From positions 7,543 through 71,542 of the forward strand of contig JBGQET010000008.1 of the NCBI GenBank assembly GCA_041496545.1: a DNA stretch of 64,000 nucleotides, written 5' to 3'. A model generated the notes under the pieces. The model saw nothing but the letters and a program-made list of their open reading frames with translations, had not been told where the DNA came from and made no database searches. A program made the translations under genes and the position numbers. How positions within the stretch are numbered: position 1 is the first letter of the stretch; each line of letters begins with the position of its first letter. This document shows, piece by piece, positions 54,806 through 63,606 of this stretch. This DNA comes from Candidatus Binatia bacterium. GTDB lineage: Bacteria; Desulfobacterota; Binatia; DP-6.

Positions 54806-56367
54806 CGGCGCGCGCGCTGGTTCTCGCCCTGCTTGCCGCCGTCGCGACGGCGCGCGCCGGCGGCCCCACGCTCGAGGGTCCGCCGCAATACGGCATCTAC
54901 TACGACCGGCCCGAGCCGTCCTTCTACACCGGCTTCGCGCCGCGCACCCTCGACCCGCACCGCATCCACGTCCACCTCGGTCGCGGCGACCAGTTCCGCC
55001 TCACCGTCGTGCTCGCCGACGACGTGCTGCGCGAGTACACGCGCGACCTCCACGAGCGGGCGCGGACGTATCGCGCCCTGGTGGACGGCGGCCGTCTCGT
55101 CCTGACCCAGAACGAGGGCCTCGCCGAGTTCGAGCGGAGGCTCGGCGAGATCGGGCTCGACCGCCTCGTCGCCGAGGAGGCGAAGCTCGCGCCCGCGGCA
55201 CTCCGCGAGCGCAACTTGGCACTCCTCGAGCGCTTGAACCCCGGGCTCGTGTTCCACCTCCGCATGCCGCTCGACGACGTGATCCGCCGCTGGCAGGGGC
55301 GGGTGCTGCCCGACGACGCCCGCGCCATGAGCGCCGAGCGCCGCGTCGAGCTGCTGAACGCCATGCTGCCGACGCGCCTCTTCGTCGCCGAGGTCGCGCC
55401 CGAGGAAGCGCGTGAGCTGGACGCGCTCGTGAAGCAGGCGTCGGCGGGCGCCGACCCGCGCGCGCTTCGCCCGGCGTTCGTCCGCCTCCTCGACCACGTC
55501 GGCCGGGGCTTCTATCCCGCCGCCGGCGACGCGCTCGTCTTCGACGAGTTCACGGCGATCTACCCGGTCGGCACGTGGAACGACTACACCGTCGTCCACG
55601 GCCGCCAGATCCCGGCCTATCCCACCCCCGGCCGGCACGCCTTCACCACGCACCAGCGCACCAAGACGCCCGACCACGTGCCGACCGACACCGAGTACAG
55701 CTACTTCCCGTGGCTGCCGTACATCCACATCGGCACCCGCATGCACGACGCCGTCCACACGCTCTGGTGGACGATGCCGACGGCCGAGACGTCCTTCCTG
55801 CCCGCGGCGTGGCGCGCCGACCCGCACCGCTACCTCTGGCTCTTGTCGCGTGGTCCCATGTCGCACGGTTGCACGCACCTGAACGCCGGCCACATCTCCG
55901 AGCTGCGCCAGGTGCTGCCCGCCGAGACCGAGCAGCTCTTCGAGGTGGACGTCTTCCTGAACACCTCGCCGCTCTACGACGTCTTCGACATCGACGGCGA
56001 CGGCACCCCGGAGGTGATGGGCGTCCGCTACTTCATCGCCTACGCCCTCGACAAGGCGAACCGGCCCGACCACCTGCGCGCCCCCAACGAGCGCCACGCC
56101 TACTACGACTGGCTCTACGGCGGGGAGCTCGAGTACGACGGACAGGACCGCGGCGTCTTCCGGAGGATCCGCGACTGCCGCTTCGTCGACCGCAAGGCCG
56201 TGGACGGCGCGGAGTACGAGCGCATCGCGCTGCACGAAGCGGCGTACGAGCCGGAGAAGATCCAGTTCTACCGGCTGGTAGACGTCGATTTCGCACGCGA
56301 GCTGCGCAAAGTGAGCGTGCGGCACCCGTTCCGGGGCGTCGGCGGGACGGCGATGAGCGCGCGATGA
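54802..56367 (+). CDS. secreted protein with divergent L,D-transpeptidase-like catalytic motif (paralog 2)
   Basis: The ATG overlaps the upstream stop as ATGA, and a signal peptide is present. The motif is SRGPMSHGCTHL, with the Cys codon at 55870-72. It shares the blocks PEPSFYTGFAPRT, FDIDGDG..EVMGV.Y and IQFYR with paralog 1. Confidence 0.75.
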   Translation: MTARALVLALLAAVATARAGGPTLEGPPQYGIYYDRPEPSFYTGFAPRTLDPHRIHVHLGRGDQFRLTVVLADDVLREYTRDLHERARTYRALVDGGRLVLTQNEGLAEFERRLGEIGLDRLVAEEAKLAPAALRERNLALLERLNPGLVFHLRMPLDDVIRRWQGRVLPDDARAMSAERRVELLNAMLPTRLFVAEVAPEEARELDALVKQASAGADPRALRPAFVRLLDHVGRGFYPAAGDALVFDEFTAIYPVGTWNDYTVVHGRQIPAYPTPGRHAFTTHQRTKTPDHVPTDTEYSYFPWLPYIHIGTRMHDAVHTLWWTMPTAETSFLPAAWRADPHRYLWLLSRGPMSHGCTHLNAGHISELRQVLPAETEQLFEVDVFLNTSPLYDVFDIDGDGTPEVMGVRYFIAYALDKANRPDHLRAPNERHAYYDWLYGGELEYDGQDRGVFRRIRDCRFVDRKAVDGAEYERIALHEAAYEPEKIQFYRLVDVDFARELRKVSVRHPFRGVGGTAMSAR

Positions 56368-56373
56368 ACCGGT

Positions 56374-57477
56374 CTACGAGCAGGTCAGGTACGGCGAGCC
56401 CGCGTCGGGATGGTGCGTCCAGACGCACGTCACGGTCGCGCTGGCATGGGTCGCCCGGACGGTGAAGTCGGTAGTCGTTCCCAACGTGCTGCACAGCGTG
56501 CCGTCGGAGGGCGTGAAGTCGGGCAGCGCGTTGCAGGGGCCCGAGAAGTAGCTCTGGTGCGCGGCGAAGTAGATCGCCTGCGCCCGCGCGGCCGCGGTGA
56601 CGTCCGATGCGACGCGCGCGTTGTACGGAGGCTGGTCATGCACCGTCCCACCGCCGAGCCGGCTCAGATCGATGTGGGCGAACAGGTTCGTGTGGATGCG
56701 CTGCCAGACCAGGGCCCCGATGATCATGGGGGGAGCGAGCACCGCCCCGAGAGCGATCACGAACAGGAGCGTCAGGACGGGCACGTACACCGACCGCCGG
56801 AGCCCCGGAGCGGTCAGAGCGCGATTCGTCACGGCGCCGGGTGCGTTGTCCCGCATCAGGTGCTCGATGTCGTCGCTCATCAGGGTCGGTACGGTCAGGG
56901 TGACCAACGACCCGAGCAGCCACGATCGACGCCGCAGCCCGAGTGCCAAGTGGCGGCCTTCGGCCCCGACCCGCGCGCGCCACTCGATGTCGCTCCACGG
57001 GACGGTGCTTCCGTACAGCCAGGGCCCGTTCTTCGTCAGCGCGGGGCGATCCGAGAAGAACATCGCGGCCAGCGCGAAGTACGTTCCCATCCGCACCCAC
57101 GGGATTGCGGGCATCGCGCTCACCAGCTCGAAGACGCCCACGAAGGCCGCGACGCACCCGAAGCCGAGCGAACGGCGATCGATTCCGAGGTCGAGGAGGA
57201 CCTCCTTCGGGCGGCGCACGAGCAGCGTGGCCACGACCCCCAGACAGGAGACGATCACCCCGCATCCGAGCCACCGCGCGACCCACGGCGTCATCACGGT
57301 CGGGAAGAACGCACCGACGACGGACACGAGGGACACCACGAGCGCGCCCCGAACGAGCGGGTTCGAACCCTGGCGCGGCCCAAGCTGCGAGGCGGCGTAG
57401 CGCACGACCACCACCGCGGCCACCACGGCGCCCAGGACCGGCAGGAAGATCCACAGGAACGGGGTATACGCGCCCAT
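56374..57477 (-). CDS. polytopic membrane protein with Cys-containing C-terminal ectodomain
   Basis: About 7 hydrophobic segments. The C-terminal ~100 aa (ARVASDVTAAARAQAIYFAAHQSYFSGPCNALPDF...VTCVWTHH...LTCS) are loosely pilin-like and contain 4 Cys. Confidence 0.6.
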   Translation of the reverse strand: MGAYTPFLWIFLPVLGAVVAAVVVVRYAASQLGPRQGSNPLVRGALVVSLVSVVGAFFPTVMTPWVARWLGCGVIVSCLGVVATLLVRRPKEVLLDLGIDRRSLGFGCVAAFVGVFELVSAMPAIPWVRMGTYFALAAMFFSDRPALTKNGPWLYGSTVPWSDIEWRARVGAEGRHLALGLRRRSWLLGSLVTLTVPTLMSDDIEHLMRDNAPGAVTNRALTAPGLRRSVYVPVLTLLFVIALGAVLAPPMIIGALVWQRIHTNLFAHIDLSRLGGGTVHDQPPYNARVASDVTAAARAQAIYFAAHQSYFSGPCNALPDFTPSDGTLCSTLGTTTDFTVRATHASATVTCVWTHHPDAGSPYLTCS

Positions 57478-57556
57478 GTCGGCGAATCAGTGTCGCAGGC
57501 ACCCGCTCGGGTCTCAAGCCGACGAACGGGCGGCGTCCCAGTTGGCCGGCGGTCGT

Positions 57557-60500
57557 CTACGACGCGGCGCCGCCGCCGCGCTCGTTCTGCTCGCGCAGCC
57601 GTCGCGACAGCGTCTGGCAGATCGCGATCGCGATGCCGGGATGCTCGTCCATCACCTGGAGGAGGTCGTTCCGCTCGAGGCGAAGGACGCGGACGCGGCT
57701 CTCCGCCATGACCGTCGCGGCGCGCGTCGCGCCGTCGAAGAGCGCCATCTCCCCGAAGAACTCGCGCGGGCCGAGGCGGGCGAGGAAGCGGTCCTCGCGC
57801 GTGACGCGGACGGTGCCGGAGAGGATCACGTACATGCCGTCGTCGAGGTCGCCCTCGCGGACGATCGTGGTGCCGGCGGCGTGGGCTTCCTCCCGGACGA
57901 CGGCGGCGAGCTCCGTCAGCTCGCGCGTGGTCAAGCGGGCGAAGAGGTCGAGGCTGCGGAGCTGGAGCACGATCTCCACCCGGTCGAGCATGCGGGCGTC
58001 ATCATCACTCAGATCGCCGCCGCGGGCCAGCGCGTGCGCCGGCGTCGGGTCGAAGGCGAGCTGACCGGGCACGACTTCGACGGGACCGCCGGCGCGGCCG
58101 AGCGTCTCGGCGTCGAGCGTGGCGGCGAGGAAGGTGAGCGCCAGCGGGTCCTGGTCGGCCAGCGTGTCGTGGAGCGCCGACTCCGCCGGCGGCAGCGCGC
58201 GCGGGGCGCGCTCCTCGAGGAGCGGCAGCACGCGGGCCGACTCCTCGGGCGGGAGCAGCGCTTCGAGCGCTTCGACGAGCACCGCGCGGCCGCGTCCCGG
58301 GGCGCAGCGCGCGAGCAGGCGGCCGAGGACCGCGATCCGCTCCTCGTGCCGGAGCGTCGCGAGCAGGAGGAGCGCGGTGTGGACGCCCTCGTCGACGCGC
58401 TCCCCGAGCCGCTGCAGCACCAACGCGGACACGCGCCCGGCGCCGAGCGCGTGGAGCTGCGTGCGCGCGCGCGCGGCGGCTTCGAGCTCGCGGTCGAGGA
58501 CTTCGCGCAGCGCCGCGACGTCCAGCGGCAGGTCGGCGAGGACGGGCAGGACGGCGTCGCGCGTCGCGCGCTTGCCCGAGCGGAGCGCCTCGAGCAGCGC
58601 CGGCATGGCGGCGGCGCCGAGGAGGTGCACGGCTTCGCGAGCGGCCGCGGCTTCGGCGTCGTCGTCGGCGGCCAGCCGCGACACGACCCAGGCGGCGTGC
58701 GGCTCGAGACGCGTGTGCCCGACGAAGCGGAGCACCGCGGCGCGCACGCGCGGGTCGGCGTCGGACGCGTGCGCGCAGACGAGGTTGCCCACCGACGCGA
58801 GCCGCGGGCCTGCCTGCGCGGCGACGGCCGCGAGCGCGTCGGCGGCGCGCGCGCGCTCGCGCGGCGACGCGAGCAGCGTCGTGAGGAGCGCGACCCGCGC
58901 CTCCCAGCGGCCGGCGCCGTCCGGGCCGAGGAGCGAGGCGCGCAGCTCCTCGAGCGCCACCTCGCGGGCGGCGGCGTCCTCGCTGGCGAGCCCGCCGGCC
59001 AGGAGCGCGTCGAGCTCGGTGCCGCGACGGAGCCCCGCGGCGGCCGCCAGGCGGACGGCCTCCGCGGGGTCGTCGAGCCAGCGGGGCAGCATGTCGGCCG
59101 CGGCGTCGGGGCGGAGCCGCGCCACCGCCTGCACCAGGTGCGCCCGCTCGCGCGGCGTGAGCGCGCCCGGCTGGGCGAGCAGCGCTTCGAGGTCGCGCGC
59201 GGAGTCGGGCGCCGGCAGGCCGACGCCGCCCCGCTCGAGCACCCGGTGCACGGCTTCGACGAGGAGCGCGCGGTTCTCCACCGGCGCGCGCCGGGTGGCA
59301 CGCGCCAGCGCCTCGACGGCGCGCGCCGGCGGTCCCTCGACGACCAGCGCGCAGGCGGCGCGGCAGCGCTGCGGGTCGGGGTCGGCGAGCGACGCTTCGA
59401 GGACGCGGAGCGTGCCGGAATCGATCATCTCCCCGAAGGCCGGCGCGTCGCCGCCGTGCCCGCGGCCGGCGCGTGCGACCTCGACCAGCAGCGTGGGGTA
59501 GATGCGCCAGAGGGCGGCTGTGACGACGAGCCAGAGCGCGGCGATCGGCAGCCCGGCGTACCCCACCCACGCGGGCGTGCCGAGGGCGAGCGCGGCGAGG
59601 ATGATCAGGTTGCCGAGCGCGCCTCCCGCGCGCCGCACCGTGCCCTCGACCAGCGTGGTGACCGCCGGACGCACGCGCTCGCGGAAGAGCGTCACCAGCA
59701 CCTTCTGCGCCGGGTCGTACACGGCGTGGTCCTGGAGCGTCACGCCGGCCACCGCCGCGACGCCGGCCGGGAGCCCGAGCCGTACGCTCAAGCCGAGGAA
59801 GCCGAGGAGGTAGACGACGGGCGAGAGGGTGGCGGCGAGCGGCACGCCGATGGTGCGGAACAGGCGCGCCGTGCCGGCGAGCTGGAGCCCGAGCACGCCG
59901 ACGTTGATCCAGCCGCGGAAGCGGGCGTAGAGGTCGAGCAAGCGCTGCTCGCCGTTCGCGCCCTTGGTCGCCAGGTCGGCGACGTACGAGAACTGGAAGT
60001 AGAGCATCGGGCCGAGCGTGCCGGCGAGGAGCGCGCCCGCGACCAGGAGGCGGAAGAGGCCGCCCTCGCGCCAGAGGGCGCTGAGGACGGGCAGCGCGTC
60101 GTGCCGGGGCGCGCGGGCCCCGGTCGCGCGCCCGACGCGCATCGGGGCGCGTCCGCGGAGCGCCGCGGCGAGCCCGCCGGCGAGCGCGAAGGCGAGGGCG
60201 GCGACGGGCAGCAGCGACGCGATGCCGAGCGCGCGGCCGAGCGGGCCCGAGGCGAAGCTGCCGCCGATCATGCCGAGCGTCCCGCCCGCCATCATGGGCG
60301 CGTAGAGCCGCTTGCCCTGGCGGCCGTGCAGCAACCCGCCGAGCGCGATCCAGAGCGCGACCAGCGCGATCGACTCGATCTGCTTGGCGGCGATCACGAG
60401 CAGCACGAACGCGGGGCGGACGTCGCCCACGACGAGCAGCCAGAGCGGCACGAGCGTCGCGGCGAGGAGGAAGAACGTCCGCACGAGGAGGCGTAGGTGC

Positions 60501-60742
60501 TCGGCGCGCGCGGCCAGCCGCCCCACCCGCGAGGTCGTCCAGGCGAGGAGCAGCGAGTTCACGAGGAACACGAGCGGCAGGTAGCCGACGCCGACGCGCT
60601 TCAGGAAGAACGTCTCCGAGACGTTGGTGAGCGAGACGGCCGCCCAGCCGAGGAGGAAGAAGGTGGCGGCGCCCCAGGCGAAGACGCGTCCCTCGCCGGG
60701 CTCGAGCCCGATGGCTCGCGCGAGGCGGCGGAGCGCGGTCAT
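57557..60742 (-). CDS. fusion protein: TLC (ATP/ADP translocase-like) transporter, HEAT repeats and a cNMP-binding domain
   Basis: The ATG at 60742 overlaps the upstream stop as ATGA. About 12 TM segments begin with EGRVFAWGAATFFLLGWAAVSLTNVSETFFLKRVG. HEAT-like repeats follow (DPDPQRCRAAC.., DADPRVRAAVLRFVG..). The C-terminal cNMP core is GPREFFGEMALFDGATRAATV. Confidence 0.85.
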   Translation of the reverse strand: MTALRRLARAIGLEPGEGRVFAWGAATFFLLGWAAVSLTNVSETFFLKRVGVGYLPLVFLVNSLLLAWTTSRVGRLAARAEHLRLLVRTFFLLAATLVPLWLLVVGDVRPAFVLLVIAAKQIESIALVALWIALGGLLHGRQGKRLYAPMMAGGTLGMIGGSFASGPLGRALGIASLLPVAALAFALAGGLAAALRGRAPMRVGRATGARAPRHDALPVLSALWREGGLFRLLVAGALLAGTLGPMLYFQFSYVADLATKGANGEQRLLDLYARFRGWINVGVLGLQLAGTARLFRTIGVPLAATLSPVVYLLGFLGLSVRLGLPAGVAAVAGVTLQDHAVYDPAQKVLVTLFRERVRPAVTTLVEGTVRRAGGALGNLIILAALALGTPAWVGYAGLPIAALWLVVTAALWRIYPTLLVEVARAGRGHGGDAPAFGEMIDSGTLRVLEASLADPDPQRCRAACALVVEGPPARAVEALARATRRAPVENRALLVEAVHRVLERGGVGLPAPDSARDLEALLAQPGALTPRERAHLVQAVARLRPDAAADMLPRWLDDPAEAVRLAAAAGLRRGTELDALLAGGLASEDAAAREVALEELRASLLGPDGAGRWEARVALLTTLLASPRERARAADALAAVAAQAGPRLASVGNLVCAHASDADPRVRAAVLRFVGHTRLEPHAAWVVSRLAADDDAEAAAAREAVHLLGAAAMPALLEALRSGKRATRDAVLPVLADLPLDVAALREVLDRELEAAARARTQLHALGAGRVSALVLQRLGERVDEGVHTALLLLATLRHEERIAVLGRLLARCAPGRGRAVLVEALEALLPPEESARVLPLLEERAPRALPPAESALHDTLADQDPLALTFLAATLDAETLGRAGGPVEVVPGQLAFDPTPAHALARGGDLSDDDARMLDRVEIVLQLRSLDLFARLTTRELTELAAVVREEAHAAGTTIVREGDLDDGMYVILSGTVRVTREDRFLARLGPREFFGEMALFDGATRAATVMAESRVRVLRLERNDLLQVMDEHPGIAIAICQTLSRRLREQNERGGGAAS

Positions 60743-62145
60743 GCCGCGACGCGCTCGGGGGCGGGCGCCGTGAGGCGGGTGTGCTCGCGCACGACGACGG
60801 CCGCGCACGTCAACCAGAGCGCCACGAGCGCCACGTTGAACAGGAAGAAGGAGCGGGTCGAGAGGGCGAAGACCTGGACGCCGACCAGCACGGTGGCCGC
60901 CGCCAGCCCGTCGCCGACGCGCACGAAGAGGGTTTCGATCGCGGGCTTCGCCTTGTACTTCATCTCGGCGGTGGTCGGCAGCCAGAGCACGTGCCGCGCC
61001 GTGTTGTTGATCGAGTAGGAGGTGGAGTTCTCCGCGGTCTTCATCACCTGGACGACGAGCAGGACCGGCAGGAACGCCATCGCCGCGTAGCTGACGAGCG
61101 AGATCGTCGGCAGCAGGAGCAGGATCAGGCCGAAGCCCCCGTACTTGAGGAGCCGCGAGGCGAGCAACGCCTGGAGGACGAGGGCGCAGGCGTTCACCCA
61201 GAAGAAGAAGTTGCCGTAGAAGGCGGTCGTCCCGGTCTGCACGTACGAGCGCACGAGGTGGGGCTCGGTGAGGCCGCGCGCCGCGAGCTGGTGCTCGAGC
61301 GCCTCCTGCACGACCTGGAAGAGGAGGTTCTCGCCGTTGGTGCTCACCCAGTTGGTGAGCAGCGCGACCGCCGCCACGGCGAGCAGGTAACGGTGGCGGC
61401 GGACGAGCGCCAGGGCGCCGGCCCCGGCGCCGCGCGCGGCCGACTTGGCGGCGGTCGCCCGCGCCGCGCCGTGTCCCGCCCCGGTCCGCCCGCGCGCGTC
61501 GGCGACGGCGGTCAGGGCGATGGAGAGCGCGAGCGGCACGTTCGCCGCGAGGAGGAGGGAGCCGCTGTCGATCATCCCGGAGCCGACGATCGTCTCGGTC
61601 AGGTACGAGCCCGCGGTCGCGCCGGCGGTCGCGCCGATGGCGATGAGCGGCAGCAGGCGCTGCCCGCCCTCGTCGCTGTAGAGGTCGGCGGCGAAGGCCC
61701 AGAACTGCGACACGACGAAGACGCCGAACATCCCCACCCAGACGTAGAACGCCACCGCCGCGCCGGGCACGTCCTCGGCGAGGAAGCCGGGGCGGAGGCA
61801 CCAAAAGACGAGCAGGTTCGCCATGCAGAACAGCGTGGCGCGCGTGATCAGCCGCCGCCGGGGCCAGCGGGCCGCCAGCCGGGCGTAGAGCGACACGGCC
61901 GGCACGAGGAGCAGGCCCTGGGCGAAGCTGGTGTACGCCTTCACCTCCATCTTCGACAGACCGTGCACCGGCGACACCGCGATCCAGCCGTCGCGCAGCG
62001 GCTTCACGAAGTAGTAGGCGCAGAGGATGAGGAAGACGTTCGCGAACATGACCAGACCGGTCGGGCCCTCGCCCGGGCGGACGTCGGTGAAGAGACAGAG
62101 CGCGCGCTCGAGCGGCGAGCGGCGGGGGGGCGCCGCGGGGTTCAT
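60739..62145 (-). CDS. TLC-family (Npt1-like ADP/ATP carrier) transporter
   Basis: FANVFLILCAYYFVKPLRD, FVVSQFWAFAADLYS, and NFFFWVNACALVLQ are typical of TLC nucleotide transporters, with about 12 TM segments. Confidence 0.88.
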   Translation of the reverse strand: MNPAAPPRRSPLERALCLFTDVRPGEGPTGLVMFANVFLILCAYYFVKPLRDGWIAVSPVHGLSKMEVKAYTSFAQGLLLVPAVSLYARLAARWPRRRLITRATLFCMANLLVFWCLRPGFLAEDVPGAAVAFYVWVGMFGVFVVSQFWAFAADLYSDEGGQRLLPLIAIGATAGATAGSYLTETIVGSGMIDSGSLLLAANVPLALSIALTAVADARGRTGAGHGAARATAAKSAARGAGAGALALVRRHRYLLAVAAVALLTNWVSTNGENLLFQVVQEALEHQLAARGLTEPHLVRSYVQTGTTAFYGNFFFWVNACALVLQALLASRLLKYGGFGLILLLLPTISLVSYAAMAFLPVLLVVQVMKTAENSTSYSINNTARHVLWLPTTAEMKYKAKPAIETLFVRVGDGLAAATVLVGVQVFALSTRSFFLFNVALVALWLTCAAVVVREHTRLTAPAPERVAA

Positions 62146-62234
62146 CGAGGGCGCCGACCGTACACGAAAGGCGCCGCGAAGTCAGATCCCGGCTTCTATT
62201 GTGATGGACCCGGGCGAGGCCTACGATTCCTTCC

Positions 62235-63587
62235 ATGCCCGACCTCCCGCCCGGCCCACGCACCCCCGCCGTCATCCAGGCCTGGCACTGGCTCAGCCGC
62301 CCGATCCAGCTCATGGAAGAGTGCGCGGCGCGCTACGGCGACACCTTCACGCTGCACTTCCCGTTCATGGGCCGGCGCGGGGACCGTCCGCCGCTCGTCT
62401 TCTTCAGCGACCCGGAGGCCGTGCGCGAGATCTTCACCGGCGACGGCGAGGACATGCGCTCGGGCGAGGCCAACGTCGCGCTCGGGCCGATCGTGGGCGA
62501 CCGTTCGCTGCTCCTCCTCGACGGCGCGCGCCACCTGCGCGAGCGCCGCCTCATGATGCCGCCCTTCCACGGCGAGCGCATGCAGGCCTACGGCGAGGTT
62601 ATGCGCGAGGTGGCCGACCGCGCGATCGACCGCTGGCCCGTCGGGCGGCCGTTCAAGATCCACCCCTCGATGCAGGAGATCACGCTCGACGTGATCCTCC
62701 GCACCGTCTTCGGGCTCGACGAAGGCGCCGCCATGGATCGCCTGCGCGACCGCATCACGCGCCTTCTCGCCGTCGGCACCGAGCGCCCGTGGGCCTTGCT
62801 GTTCCAGGTCGACCTCGGCCCGCTGACGCCGTGGGGACAGCTCGTCCGCCTGATGCGGGAGATCGACGAGATGCTGTTCGCCGAGATCGCGCGCCGCCGC
62901 GCCGCCGGCACCGAGGGCCGCATCGACGTCCTCTCCATGCTCGTCGCCGCGCGGGACGAGTCGGGCGCGCCGATGACGGACCAGGAGCTGCGCGACGAGA
63001 TGCTGACGCTCCTCCTCGCCGGGCACGAGACCAGTGCCACCACGCTCTGCTGGGTGGTGAACCGCATCGTGCGCGAGCCGGCCGTCGTCGCGCGCCTGCA
63101 CGCGGAGCTGGGACGCGTGATGAACGGCGGCCCGCTCGGCCCCGAGCGGGTGGCGGAGCTCGAGTACCTGGACGCCACCATCAAGGAGACGCTGCGTCTG
63201 AACCCCATCATCCCGGCCGTGGTGCGCCGCCTCCAGCGCCCGATGCGGATCGGCAAGGTCGACCTGCCCACAGGCGTCGTTGTCACGCCGTGCATCTACC
63301 TGACGCACCGCCGCCCCGACGTCTGGCCCGACCCGTTGCGCTTCGACCCGGACCGCTTCGTCGGCGCGCGCGTCAGCCCCTACGCCTACTACCCGTTCGG
63401 CGGCGGCATCCGGCGCTGCCTGGGTATGGCCTTCTCGCTCTACGAGATGAAGATCGTCCTCGCCGAGGTGCTGTCCCGGGTCGAGCTGCGCGCCGCGCCG
63501 GGGACCTCCGTGCGCCTGGTCCGGCGTGGCCTCACCTTCGCGCCCTCGGGCGGCATGCCGGTGGTCGCCGAGCGCCGCGCCGCGTAG
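62235..63587 (+). CDS. cytochrome P450
   Basis: LLAGHETSA (I-helix), ETLR (ExxR), and the heme-binding loop FGGGIRRCLG. Confidence 0.93.
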   Translation: MPDLPPGPRTPAVIQAWHWLSRPIQLMEECAARYGDTFTLHFPFMGRRGDRPPLVFFSDPEAVREIFTGDGEDMRSGEANVALGPIVGDRSLLLLDGARHLRERRLMMPPFHGERMQAYGEVMREVADRAIDRWPVGRPFKIHPSMQEITLDVILRTVFGLDEGAAMDRLRDRITRLLAVGTERPWALLFQVDLGPLTPWGQLVRLMREIDEMLFAEIARRRAAGTEGRIDVLSMLVAARDESGAPMTDQELRDEMLTLLLAGHETSATTLCWVVNRIVREPAVVARLHAELGRVMNGGPLGPERVAELEYLDATIKETLRLNPIIPAVVRRLQRPMRIGKVDLPTGVVVTPCIYLTHRRPDVWPDPLRFDPDRFVGARVSPYAYYPFGGGIRRCLGMAFSLYEMKIVLAEVLSRVELRAAPGTSVRLVRRGLTFAPSGGMPVVAERRAA

Positions 63588-63606
63588 CGCGGCGTTCCGT
63601 CGTCCA

